From IMG/VR virus record IMGVR_UViG_3300035703_000006, positions 183,113-247,112 of that record: 64,000 nucleotides of DNA; one strand, given 5' to 3'. The notes under the pieces were generated by a model. It ran no database searches. It had not been told where the DNA came from and was given only the letters and a program-made list of their open reading frames with translations. A program made the translations under genes and the position numbers. Positions 20,533 through 31,300 of this stretch are shown in pieces. Position 1 is the stretch's first letter; each line of letters opens with the position of its first letter.

Positions 20533-21507
20533 ATGAGCAACTTTGTTAAACTTGCATTGGAAAGTGGAGGAACAATCAAACCTTTAATGTTTGATTCAAA
20601 AGATTTTACAGGACCTTCTTTAAATAATCCATCTGTTTTAATTGTAAATGATAAAATATTAGTAAATATTAGAAATGTTAACTATACATTGTATCACTCA
20701 GAACTGGATAGATTTGAACATATCTGGGGTCCATTGACATATGTTCACCCAGAAGATGATATGCATCTTAGGACTTGGAATTATATTGCTCAATTGGATG
20801 ATGACTTAAATATAGAACATTATTCAAAAATAGATACTTCTAAATTTCCAGACCAAGAACTTTGGGAATTTGTTGGACTAGAAGATGGTCGTTTAGTGGA
20901 TTGGGAAGACAAAATATACTTATGCGGTGTTAGAAGGGATACGACACCCAATGGTGTCGGAAGAATGGAAATGTGTGAACTTGAATTTGATGACCTGTCT
21001 GTAAGAGAAGTGTCTAGATATAGAATTCCTGGACCACCTCCTGATGATGAATATTGTATGAAAAATTGCACTCCAATAGAAGGAAAACCATTTCATTTAA
21101 TTAAGTGGACCAATCCAACTTGCATTATGAAATTTGATCCTAATGGAGGAGAAACAATAGTCCAAGAAACCACTTCATATGTTCCTGGTTATAATGATAT
21201 GAGGGGTGGTTCTCAAGTTATTAAATATAAAGATGGTTATTTAACTATAATTCATGAAACGGATTTATATGATTCCGTCCAAGGAAGAAAGAATGGAACA
21301 TATAGGCATAGGTTTGTATATTGGAATCATGATTTTACAGAACAAAAATTTTCTAGATTATTTTCTTTCTTAAATATGAAAATAGAATTTTGTTGTGGTT
21401 TAACAAAACATAAAAATGATTACCTAATCACATTTGGTGCATCAGATAATGCTGCATATATTTTAAAAATTTCTGAGTCTTTTCTGGAGGATTTTATCAA
21501 TGAATGA
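20533..21507 (+). CDS. Five-bladed beta-propeller glycosidase/phosphorylase-like (GH130-like) protein
   Basis: NPS, GLEDGRL, KN.TP, RGGSQ, Y.HRF, IEFCCGL, ITFG..D motifs. Confidence 0.65.
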   Translation: MSNFVKLALESGGTIKPLMFDSKDFTGPSLNNPSVLIVNDKILVNIRNVNYTLYHSELDRFEHIWGPLTYVHPEDDMHLRTWNYIAQLDDDLNIEHYSKIDTSKFPDQELWEFVGLEDGRLVDWEDKIYLCGVRRDTTPNGVGRMEMCELEFDDLSVREVSRYRIPGPPPDDEYCMKNCTPIEGKPFHLIKWTNPTCIMKFDPNGGETIVQETTSYVPGYNDMRGGSQVIKYKDGYLTIIHETDLYDSVQGRKNGTYRHRFVYWNHDFTEQKFSRLFSFLNMKIEFCCGLTKHKNDYLITFGASDNAAYILKISESFLEDFINE

Positions 21508-23464
21508 ACTAATTGAATTTTGTTTGGATACAGAAAATCCAGAAAAAAATTATAAACTAGCACAATGGTATGAAAAGCAAAATCATACTGCATCTGCTCA
21601 TGTTTATTACTTTAGAACGGCAGAAAGAACAGATACTAAAAATCTTGCATATACTTCACTTCTTCGTTCATCAATTTGTTATAAAAGTCAAGGAAAAAGA
21701 GACGCAACTGAAAAATTATTAATTCATGCTGCTTTATCTTATCTACAAGAAAGACCTGAAGCATATTACTTTCTTTCTTTATTTTATCAACGAAAGGAAG
21801 AATGGGACCAATGTTATTTGTATGCAGACTTTGGATTAAAATGTTATGAAAATCAAATAGATTCAATAGATTTACCAGAGTATCAAGGAAAATATGCACT
21901 CATTTATCAAAAAGCACTTGCCTCTTGGTGGTGGGGAAGAGGAGAAGAAAGTAAAAAACTTTTTCAGAGTCTTAAGGATGAATATTGGAATGTCATGAAC
22001 GATGATTATAAAAATCTTGTTGACGAAAAATTATTTACTTTCCATCAAGTTCCAAACTCTAGAGGAGAAAAAAATTATATTAAAAAAATTACAACACTTG
22101 ATAATTCAATTCTAGAAAAATATAATTTAAATTCAGAACATTTTGAAACTACTTTTGAATTTGATTGGGGAGTGAATTGTAGTAATATGAATGAAATTAT
22201 CAAAAAAGAAATATTTGAAGAAAATATTTACGAAAAATTTTTCTCAGTCAAAGAAAACGATATTGTAATGGACATTGGAGCAAATGTTGGAGCATTTTCT
22301 TATTCAATTTTAAACAAAAAACCAAAACATATTTACTGCATAGAACCTTCTGTTAATCTAATTAGTGCGATTAAAAACAATTTAAAGGGGCATAGTGCAA
22401 CTATCATAAATTGTGCAGTTTCAAATGAAAATAATAAATCTAAAAAACCTAATGAGAATGTGTATATTTACTCTCATGAAGGAGAATATGAGACAAAAAC
22501 TTTTAAAAGTATTCTTGAGGAGTATAATATTGACCACATAGATTTTTTAAAAATTGATTGCGAAGGTGGGGAATATGATGTATTTAATGAAGAAAACAAA
22601 GATTTTATTTTAAATAAAGTCAAGTATATTGTAGGAGAATGGCATTTTACTGGGATTGAAAATTTCTTAGAAAAATTTAAAAAATTTAGAGAACTTTATT
22701 TAAGTAATCACAATAATTATAGAGTTTTTGAAAGATGTGGAAAAGAAATAACTGACAAAATATTTGATGATGATTATCTGATTGGTTTTGAGCAATGGTA
22801 TCGTGAAAATGGGGATGGACAACTTACGATTTATATTAATAATGATATTGAAAATAATAAAAAACAATTTTTTTCAATTAATGAATATAAAAAATCAACT
22901 AGTTGGATTGTAGATAATTTTTATGATAATCCAGATGAGATTCGTAAGTTTGCTTTAGAGCAAGAATTTGGAGATGAAAGTGTAATTACTGGATTTGTTG
23001 GTAGAAGAACATTTAATCAATTTTTATTCCCAGGATTGAAAGAAGAATTTGAATCTGTAATGGGTAAAAAGATTACAAAATGGGAAGAACACGGAATGAA
23101 TGGAAGATTTCAAATCTGTTGGTCTGGGGAACGACTAGTTTATCATTGCGATGAACAAATGTGGGGAGGTATGATTTATCTAACTCCAAATGCACCATAT
23201 CAATGTGGAACTACATTATATGCTGACAAGAAAAATAGGGCAAGGACTTATTATGATCCAGGTTGGGATGAATATTGGGCAAATACTCCTGGAGATTGTC
23301 ATCTAGACAAAACACCATTTGAACCAGTAGACGTTCTTGGTAATGTATACAATCGTCTTGTAATTTTTGATGCAAGTTGTATTCATTCTGCCTCTGAATA
23401 CTTTGGGACTAATAAAGAAAATGCAAGATTATGGCAAATGTTCTTTTTTGATACAGAAAAATAA
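21500..23464 (+). CDS. TPR + FkbM methyltransferase + 2OG-Fe(II) oxygenase-like fusion
   Basis: ERPEAYY TPR; DIGANVG.F, LKIDCEGGEY; IVDNFY.NP..R, H.D, YLTP, YNRLVIFDA..IHS..RL.Q.FFF. Confidence 0.78.
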   Translation: MNELIEFCLDTENPEKNYKLAQWYEKQNHTASAHVYYFRTAERTDTKNLAYTSLLRSSICYKSQGKRDATEKLLIHAALSYLQERPEAYYFLSLFYQRKEEWDQCYLYADFGLKCYENQIDSIDLPEYQGKYALIYQKALASWWWGRGEESKKLFQSLKDEYWNVMNDDYKNLVDEKLFTFHQVPNSRGEKNYIKKITTLDNSILEKYNLNSEHFETTFEFDWGVNCSNMNEIIKKEIFEENIYEKFFSVKENDIVMDIGANVGAFSYSILNKKPKHIYCIEPSVNLISAIKNNLKGHSATIINCAVSNENNKSKKPNENVYIYSHEGEYETKTFKSILEEYNIDHIDFLKIDCEGGEYDVFNEENKDFILNKVKYIVGEWHFTGIENFLEKFKKFRELYLSNHNNYRVFERCGKEITDKIFDDDYLIGFEQWYRENGDGQLTIYINNDIENNKKQFFSINEYKKSTSWIVDNFYDNPDEIRKFALEQEFGDESVITGFVGRRTFNQFLFPGLKEEFESVMGKKITKWEEHGMNGRFQICWSGERLVYHCDEQMWGGMIYLTPNAPYQCGTTLYADKKNRARTYYDPGWDEYWANTPGDCHLDKTPFEPVDVLGNVYNRLVIFDASCIHSASEYFGTNKENARLWQMFFFDTEK

Positions 23465-23470
23465 TTTAAT

Positions 23471-24634
23471 TTACTCTATCCAAGTTCTTATATACTCACT
23501 TTTATATAATTTTTGAATTGAAGATTTTACTTCTGGAAAAATTACTTCCCCAGAAGTAATTTCAAAATTAAATGATTGAGTATTTCCAGAATAAAATTCA
23601 CAAGAAAATTCTCCAACTAATATTTCTTTACTTTGTTTAATATAATCTGGTGAGTCATCAAAACTAAGATATATCTTATAAAATCCTTTACCATATTGAA
23701 TTTCTTCTATTTTTGGCATAACATATTGAACAAATTGATTTTTAATATCAACATTAATGTCACAAAAATTAAGTTTTTGACCATAATAAATTATTAATTG
23801 TTTAATCTCATTAATTGTTTTTTGAATCACATCATCATTTAAATACATTTGCCAATTTAGATGTTTTGTATTGTCATAATCTGGCTGCTTTCTAAAACCA
23901 TCTGGTGCAAACATTCTTAATCCATTATCTGACATTCTGGATGAAAAAAATGGTCCCATACCATAAGTATCAATCAAACCAAGTATATTTACTTTTTTTC
24001 TTTTAGACAAGATACTTAAAATTGATTGATCGTGTCTATGACCTTTATACTCATTTAATTGCTCAAAATCATCGTCATCATTCACTAAAGAATAATTGTC
24101 CTCTGTGACCAAATTTAACCATTCTTTTACAAAATTAATGGACTCTTGAGATTTTTTACAAATAAAAACTCCCCCTTCAATTTGACCAGAGTTTAAAAAA
24201 TTTTCATCATTTTCTAAACTAAATCTTTTGAGTACTTTCATTTTTTGAAAATACTTTTCTTTATAGTCTGGAGGATTTCCACAAGACCCTCCATCACAAA
24301 AAACAAGAATTGGAGTAGAATTCAGCATTTCTAGATACTCTTCAAATCTTTTATTTCTATGTTTTAAAATACAACCACCAGAATCAATATAAAAAATATT
24401 GTCTCCCTCATTAATTTTTTCTAATAAATCTAAAATAATATAAGGTTTCCAAATCCAATATCCATATCCTCTAGAATTAGTAACAAAGTCTTTATGTTTA
24501 ATAAAAAAATTTGAAAGAGTTTCTGGTGAATGGATAATAACTTTATCAAACCATCCAGTATCCTCTGCTTGTTTCTTTAAGATTTGTTTTTTATAATTAA
24601 AATAATCATCCCCGAAAGATATTAAATAATTCAT
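23471..24634 (-). CDS. Glycosyltransferase-like protein, the only convincing minus-strand gene
   Basis: RGYGYWIWKPYII..FYIDSG..HRHDQSILS; own divergent promoter. Confidence 0.7.
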   Translation of the reverse strand: MNYLISFGDDYFNYKKQILKKQAEDTGWFDKVIIHSPETLSNFFIKHKDFVTNSRGYGYWIWKPYIILDLLEKINEGDNIFYIDSGGCILKHRNKRFEEYLEMLNSTPILVFCDGGSCGNPPDYKEKYFQKMKVLKRFSLENDENFLNSGQIEGGVFICKKSQESINFVKEWLNLVTEDNYSLVNDDDDFEQLNEYKGHRHDQSILSILSKRKKVNILGLIDTYGMGPFFSSRMSDNGLRMFAPDGFRKQPDYDNTKHLNWQMYLNDDVIQKTINEIKQLIIYYGQKLNFCDINVDIKNQFVQYVMPKIEEIQYGKGFYKIYLSFDDSPDYIKQSKEILVGEFSCEFYSGNTQSFNFEITSGEVIFPEVKSSIQKLYKSEYIRTWIE

Positions 24635-24682
24635 ATTTAAATTTATTGTATATTATAATTTATCTTCAAACCCAACAGAGTG

Positions 24683-24744
24683 ATTTTAGACGATTTTTGA
24701 TACCTTTGTCAATACTTGACATTCAAGTGTCTCTGGTATATGAT
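24683..24744. promoter_or_regulatory. Back-to-back sigma70-type promoters
   Basis: + strand TTGACA(24716)-N17-TATGAT(24739); - strand TTGACA(24712-24707)-N18-TAAAAT. Confidence 0.6.
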
Positions 24745-24749
24745 TAAAA

Positions 24750-24847
24750 AGTCTTCACAACTTTGTAGCTTTGAGATGTGAAGACTCGTCCTGTGGTGGG
24801 GACGGATTTTAAGGTGGAACAACGGGGGTCTTAGGACCCCTTTTTTT
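24750..24847 (+). ncRNA. Candidate small RNA of about 98 nt
   Basis: Own sigma70 promoter; stems AGTCTTCACA/TGTGAAGACT and CGTCC/GGACG; ends in an intrinsic terminator. Confidence 0.5.
24824..24847 (+). terminator. Intrinsic terminator
   Basis: GGGGTC-TTAG-GACCCC followed by T7. Confidence 0.8.
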
Positions 24848-24883
24848 CTGCTATGATACTAGAAGTTCAAAAGCAGACCCCTG

Positions 24884-27076
24884 ATGTCCGTTAATCTAGA
24901 AGTTAAAGGAATGCTGGCTAAATGCCTTGCGATGGAAAATATTATTATTGAGCACAAGAAAGTCCCGACTGCGATGTTTGATGTAGAACGTCGTGTGCTG
25001 ACTTTGCCGACTTGGGATAAAGCAAGTAATACTGTGTATGACCTTTTGGTTGCCCATGAGGTAGGCCATAGTCTCGCAACCCCTAATATTGACTGGACTA
25101 AAGAATATCCCGAAGTTCCTAAAGACTTTGTGAACGTTCTTGAAGATGTTCGTGTTGAACGTCTGATGAAGAAAAAGTATCCTGGACTCTCTCGGACTTT
25201 TTACAATGGTTATAATGAACTGAACAACGATGACTTCTTCTCAACGAAAGATGAGAACCTAGATGAACTGACTTTCATTGACCGAATCAATCTTTATTAC
25301 AAGATTGGTGCATTTCATAACATTTGCTTCAATGATGAAGAGAATGAGTTTCTGACTCGTGCTTCTCTGACTGAAACTTTTGATGAAGTGCTTCAACTTG
25401 CTCGGGAAATTGTTGAGTTTGTTCAATACAAACGTCAAAAAGTTGATTCTATGCCCACTATTGATGGTGGTGAAGAGATGTCTGGTCCTGGTGGTGAGGA
25501 AGTAGAAACTCCTCAGCAAAACTCTTCTTCTCAAGACGGAGAAAATCAGGATGGTCAAAACAAGACTCAACTGGAGCAAGATTCGCAGGGTCAGTCTCAA
25601 ACTGAAGGTGAATCTTTCGGTGATGAGATGAATAAGTCTATGGAAGCACCGAATGGTGGTGGTTTCGGTCAGGAAGCAAGTGATAAACATGGGGAAACCA
25701 GTAAAGATGAACTGACTTCTAAGACTTCTCGTTCTTTTGATGAAAAGTCTCAAGACCTGGTGGATAAGTATGCTCAGGAAACTCATTATGTGGAACTTCC
25801 TAAGATGAATCTTGAGACGATGATTATCCCAAATGAGTTTATTCATCGTAAAGCAACCGAGTTTTATACTACTCGTGGTTCTTATTACAAAGATTCTTTT
25901 GATTTTGCTTGTAAGGAATATAATACTTACAACAAATCTGCCGAAAAGGAAGTTTCTTATCTGGTAAAAGAGTTTGAGTGCAAGAAGTCTGCAGACCAAT
26001 ATGCTCGTTCTAGCACTGCTCGCACGGGTGTTTTGGATACTTCCAAACTCCACACCTATAAGTTCAACGAAGACCTGTTTAAGAAGGTTTCTGTGGTTCC
26101 TGATGGTAAGAACCATGGACTTATCTTTATTCTAGATTGGTCTGGTTCAATGGGTGATTTTCTTCTGGATGCTTACAAGCAACTGTTGAATCTGATTTGG
26201 TTCTGCCGTAAGGTGAATATTCCTTTCGAGGTGTATGCCTTCACTCTGGATGCTCATTCTTATATGGAACTGCAACCCAATCATCCTCCTGTGTATGATA
26301 AAGTTGCGGGTGTTCTTTCTCCAGAGAATTCTTTTCGTCTGATGAATTTCTTCACCAGCAAAGTGAATAACCGAGTTCTTGATGAACAACTCAAGAATAT
26401 TTGGTCTGTTTGTCATGCGTATCAGAAACGTTCTGGTGTTGTTCCTCCTCACCTGGACCTTTCGGGTTCTCCTATCGGTGAGAGTATGATGGCACTTCAT
26501 TCTCTGATTCCTGACTTCCAGGCAAAGAATAAACTTCAGAAGGTGAATGTTATCTTCTTGACAGATGGTGAGGGGTATCAGAATTCGGTGACGGTTGCTC
26601 GTAAGGGTCGTTATCCTGATTCTCCCGAATATATCGGAAACACAAAGTATAATCGCACTGCGATTCGTGACCGCAAGACTGGTCGTGTATATCCTGCTTT
26701 GGATTATGATAGCTTCCCTCGTTATGCTAAAATTCTTCTGCAAACTGTGAAAGATAGGTTCCCAAATGTGAATCTTATCAACTTCCGTATCACTCCTGGT
26801 CGTGATTTCCAGAATTGTTATCGTTGGTATGGAAGTGGGCAAGAAAACTACGAGAAAGTAAAGGCAGATTATCGTAAGAATGGTTGTGTTCAATTCGATG
26901 GAACTGGATTTGATCAATTTAATGTGATTGCTGCATCTTCTCTTGCACAGGATGAAGACTTTGTGATTCCCGAGAATGCAACGAAAGCACAAATTAAAAC
27001 TAGTTTTAGTAAGATGTTGGGCAAGAAAAAAACCAATAAGAAAATCCTAGGTTCTTTTATCAGTCTTGTTGCCTGA
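24884..27076 (+). CDS. Metallopeptidase-like + VWA protein (CobT-like partner of CobS)
   Basis: AHEVGH zincin motif, NVLED.RVE, acidic linker, MIDAS DWSGSM, FLTDGEG. Confidence 0.85.
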   Translation: MSVNLEVKGMLAKCLAMENIIIEHKKVPTAMFDVERRVLTLPTWDKASNTVYDLLVAHEVGHSLATPNIDWTKEYPEVPKDFVNVLEDVRVERLMKKKYPGLSRTFYNGYNELNNDDFFSTKDENLDELTFIDRINLYYKIGAFHNICFNDEENEFLTRASLTETFDEVLQLAREIVEFVQYKRQKVDSMPTIDGGEEMSGPGGEEVETPQQNSSSQDGENQDGQNKTQLEQDSQGQSQTEGESFGDEMNKSMEAPNGGGFGQEASDKHGETSKDELTSKTSRSFDEKSQDLVDKYAQETHYVELPKMNLETMIIPNEFIHRKATEFYTTRGSYYKDSFDFACKEYNTYNKSAEKEVSYLVKEFECKKSADQYARSSTARTGVLDTSKLHTYKFNEDLFKKVSVVPDGKNHGLIFILDWSGSMGDFLLDAYKQLLNLIWFCRKVNIPFEVYAFTLDAHSYMELQPNHPPVYDKVAGVLSPENSFRLMNFFTSKVNNRVLDEQLKNIWSVCHAYQKRSGVVPPHLDLSGSPIGESMMALHSLIPDFQAKNKLQKVNVIFLTDGEGYQNSVTVARKGRYPDSPEYIGNTKYNRTAIRDRKTGRVYPALDYDSFPRYAKILLQTVKDRFPNVNLINFRITPGRDFQNCYRWYGSGQENYEKVKADYRKNGCVQFDGTGFDQFNVIAASSLAQDEDFVIPENATKAQIKTSFSKMLGKKKTNKKILGSFISLVA

Positions 27077-27131
27077 CCACTTGAAGGGGTGTCCACTTTG
27101 GACCCCCCTATACCTTTTTCCGTGGTAGAAT
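27075..27131 (+). promoter_or_regulatory. Palindrome + -10 early promoter
   Basis: GACCACTT-N4-GGGTGTCC, with TGnTAGAAT 39 nt after the right arm. Confidence 0.65.
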
Positions 27132-27153
27132 TACGGAGTAATCAACCAAACCG

Positions 27154-28290
27154 ATGCCTACAAAATCTAACATCATGACCGAACAAGCAATCAACATTTT
27201 GAAGGAAAAGTATGGCACCGAGTTTGGTGCTGATGCTGTCAAAGAAGTGGCAGATGAACTGAATACTTCTTATGCGACTCTCTCCAAGTATCTGAATCAA
27301 TACAAGGTGGGTCGTGGTAAATGGAATCTGGAGCAAACTGTGCAAGACCTTGAAGAAACTTACAACTCTCCTGCTGCAGAGGGTTCCGATACGGTTCCTG
27401 GTGTGGCAACTATGAATTCTGTCGTGCAAAATCTTATTCCCAACAAAGATGCTACCTTCGTCAGCTTTGGTAACTTTTCGGATATTAAGAAAGTTATTCA
27501 GTCTGGTCTATTCTATCCTGCTTTCATCACTGGTCTTTCTGGCAACGGAAAAACTTTCGTTGTGGAACAATCTTGTGCTCAACTTAGTCGGGAACTGATT
27601 CGTGTTAACATTACTGTTGAAACTGATGAGGATGACCTTATTGGTGGTTTTCGTCTCGTGAATGGGGAAACTGTGTGGCACAATGGTCCTGTCGTAGAAG
27701 CAATGGAACGTGGTGCAATCCTTCTGCTCGATGAGATTGACCTGGCATCTAACAAGATTATGTGTCTGCAGTCTGTTCTTGAAGGTAAAGGTGTATTCCT
27801 TAAGAAAATCGGTAAGCACGTTGTACCCAAAGCAGGTTTCAATGTGATTGCAACTGCCAACACCAAAGGTAAAGGTAGTGATGATGGCCGATTCATCGGC
27901 ACAAATGTGCTCAATGAGGCATTCTTGGAACGATTCCCTATCACTTTTGAGCAGGAGTATCCTACCATCAGTGTTGAGACTAAAATCTTGACTAAAGTAG
28001 CAGAATCTCTTAAAATTCCTATGATTGGTGAGCATACTGATTTTATCAAGCACCTTTGCACTTGGTCTGAGATCATTCGTAAGACCTTCAACGATGGTGG
28101 TATTGATGAAGTCATCAGCACTCGTCGTCTGGTTCATATCATTAAGGCATATTCTATCTTCGGTAAGAAGGACAAAGCACTTAAGGTTTGTCTGAATCGT
28201 TTTGATGATGAAACCAAATCAACTTTTGTTGAGTTGTATGACAAGATTGATGCTGAATTTAAGCAACCCGACACAGAGGAGGTGGGGTGA
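27154..28290 (+). CDS. cobS: CobS-like MoxR/CbbQ AAA+ ATPase
   Basis: Walker A GLSGNGKT, Walker B LLLDEID, TANTKGKG.DDGRFIGTNVLNEAFLERF, ISTRRL. Confidence 0.9.
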   Translation: MPTKSNIMTEQAINILKEKYGTEFGADAVKEVADELNTSYATLSKYLNQYKVGRGKWNLEQTVQDLEETYNSPAAEGSDTVPGVATMNSVVQNLIPNKDATFVSFGNFSDIKKVIQSGLFYPAFITGLSGNGKTFVVEQSCAQLSRELIRVNITVETDEDDLIGGFRLVNGETVWHNGPVVEAMERGAILLLDEIDLASNKIMCLQSVLEGKGVFLKKIGKHVVPKAGFNVIATANTKGKGSDDGRFIGTNVLNEAFLERFPITFEQEYPTISVETKILTKVAESLKIPMIGEHTDFIKHLCTWSEIIRKTFNDGGIDEVISTRRLVHIIKAYSIFGKKDKALKVCLNRFDDETKSTFVELYDKIDAEFKQPDTEEVG

Positions 28291-28339
28291 TCCCCCCTTC
28301 CTGACTATATAAAACGAACCTTCCTACGCACTTCTACCT

Positions 28340-31300
28340 ATGACTTCACTTTTTCTAGAGAAAGACTCCGATAGAATTTACGAAGAATTTCAAGATACAA
28401 ATGAAGATAATCAAGAAGAAGAATATAGAGAAGATAGAATGGATCAAATGATTTCTAAGTATGGTTGATTGGAGGTCTTATGATTCAAACCATAGAAGAA
28501 ACAATTAAAAAAGAACACGTAGAAGACCTGAAAGAATTTGCTACTTATCTTGGAGTAGATTTTGAGGACTATCTAGAATTTTTACATCCTGACGTTGATT
28601 TTGATGACTACTCCCGATAAAACAGAAGAGAATGGAATTGATGGATACATTAGTCCAAATAGAATGTGGGCTGCAGTTCCTTGGGGTAAGGGGAAATATA
28701 TTTCCATTTACAACGGGGAACAAATTTGTGTTCATCATAGTTTAGAAACTGCTAAAAAGTTTATTCAAAAGGAAACCAGAAAAAGAAAATGATTCTATCA
28801 ATTGATGAATTGAGACAAGAAAATGATTTGGTTTTTGTGAGAGCAGTTGTAGAAGATGTCATTCAAACTCGTTCCCAAACATATTATGAACCAGCAGAGT
28901 ATGGTCCAGCATTATGTGAATCTTCTTTTTGTCTTGATGAGGATGAACAACTTCCAGAAAATGAAGAACATCTATTAAATTACTTAAATAGTTTAGGTCT
29001 TGATTGGGAAGTTCTTCCTAACGATTGGGATTAAAATAAAATCTACCTCATTACATAAATGAACTACTATTACATTTGGTTTATTTTATTCGTTATAGTT
29101 GCTTATTTGATTATAACGGATAATAGCATTGCAATAGCATTTAACTATGTGATGAGGTTGATTCGTTTTGATTACGAAAAGATTGTTTGGTGGATTAGAA
29201 ATTCACCAGATAATCCCATTGTTCGTTTTCTAATTTATAGACGTTCAATGAAAATGGCAAAGGAACTTATGAAGGAATTTGAAGAAAAAAATGACTGAAC
29301 AAAAGAAATCAAAAAAATCTACTCCAAAGAAAAAAAGTACAGCAGTTAAAATCAGTGAGAGTGATAAAACTCATTTTCCCCATACTCAGTTTCCTATAAA
29401 AATTATTCACAAAGACGGAAAGGAATTGCAGGATACGAAGACTTGTTATTTTCAAAATGAAAGTCACGCACAAAAGTATATTGATAGATGCAAATTCAAG
29501 AAGACAGACTATCAGATGTTTGTAAAACCACAAAAAACGTGAAAAAGAAAAAAAATGCCTGGAGATGGTGGGCAAAGGCACTTGGTGAAAAAGCATATAA
29601 ATGTGATAAGGAATCCGATAGAGTTGCAGTAATTAGAACAATTATCTTTGCAACTTATCTAATTACAAACTGCTTTATTGTTTATGGTGTTGTGAGAACT
29701 CATATCATTCCAGCACCACAAAAAGCAGTAAAGTGTATTATTCAATAAGAAAAAAAATGACTCAAAGAACTTTTATAGATAAAAATGGTAATTCTTGGTA
29801 CTGGGAAGAAACACCAGAAACAATAAAAGCAGTTGAAGAACTTGCTAAATTTGCTGGTAATTATCATGGACCCCTTTATGCACCTCATCCCGATTTAAAG
29901 AATGGAAAAGAAACTAATTGACGATTGTTTTTACGTTCAACGAAAAAAGTATGGACTCTGGGACTCAACCGATCTTGAAGAAAATGGACTGGTCACGTCT
30001 CTCACTGAAGAGCAATGTATATCAGCGACCCGTGCTTTGCTTAAGTGGAGGCAGGAGGGTTTCCCTGAACCCCAAAGCATTCACTCAGGAGAAGTCGGAG
30101 GCAAATTGTGAGTGATACTGACTCAACAGCACCTTGGTACGAATTCATTTCATATTGTAGGTGCTGTGAAAGTCTTGGAGTAACACCTTCTCTCCAAAGG
30201 TTTATGGCATATCAAAGATACTTTAAGACTTATGGAATCAAATAAAAATCTATTTGAATTGATTGAAGAATTGCAAGAGAAAGTTCAATTCCTTGAAGAT
30301 CAGATAAAAGAGTTGCAGTATGAAAATATTGCAACTACAAATGAACTTTATCGTATGGAGAATTCCCTTGAAGCACGTATTGACATTCTTGCTTCAGAAC
30401 CTTATAATCTTGAAAGATTTTCACTTGAAAAATAATGTACGAACACCTATCAGAATATGAAAGAGCACTTGCTCGTTTTGGTGATAAAGTTGGTCTAATT
30501 GCTGGATTAGAAATCAACGATAAGATTTCACCAGAAGAAGCATATCAACAAATCAAAACTCTGTACAAAGAACTTAAATCTCTTCGCAAAGTAGAGAAAA
30601 AGGATTGGGAACAAGATATTCATATTGATATGTAATGGAAGACTCACTTAAAATTACAGAGAACGAGGACGGATCGTTCACTATGGATTGGGATCCACAA
30701 GACCCAAAATGGAAATTTCTTAATGGATTGACAAGCAAGGAGATCCAGGTTATAGTGGAGCAAGCAATTAAGGAACATCTTGATGGACTTTGACTACAAG
30801 AAGTATTCTCTTGAAAATCTTGAGAATTGGATGCACGATGCAATGTCTTGTGCAGAAGCAACACCCCAAGAAATCTATGATGTTATTGTTGGTGTAGTTA
30901 AAGAAAACTATTACACATACAAACATCAAGCATCTCAGGCATATGAACTTCTTTCTCTTCTGAATAGTGGTATTGACAATAACAAATATCAGAATATTCT
31001 GAATAAAGTTCTGAGATGTGATAAGGATGATTCATTTGAAGAGTGTAAAAAGTCTTGGACTTCTTTCTGGGAAGATGATGCTATGCCTCCTTGGGGACAT
31101 AGTGATTTGGAAGCACTCAAATATACTGATGAAGAACTGAATGCAATGTGTGATAATGCAGCATCAGATCAAGAAAAAGAGCAGTGTCGTGAATATAATC
31201 TGCGGGAAGCAGAATATTATGATAAGCGAGCAAAACTTGATGCAACTTACGATGATATGGTTGCTGCTGGATATACAATGACTGATGATGGTTTTTGGAT

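Noticed and set aside
25259-28137. Long minus-strand ORFs opposite the VWA and cobS genes
   Set aside because: Antisense shadows of strongly biased codon usage; no motifs or promoters
24884-28290. Cobalamin biosynthesis role for cobS/cobT-like genes
   Set aside because: No CobN or other cob genes here; a MoxR-VWA chaperone pair, common in T4-like cyanophages, is the simpler reading
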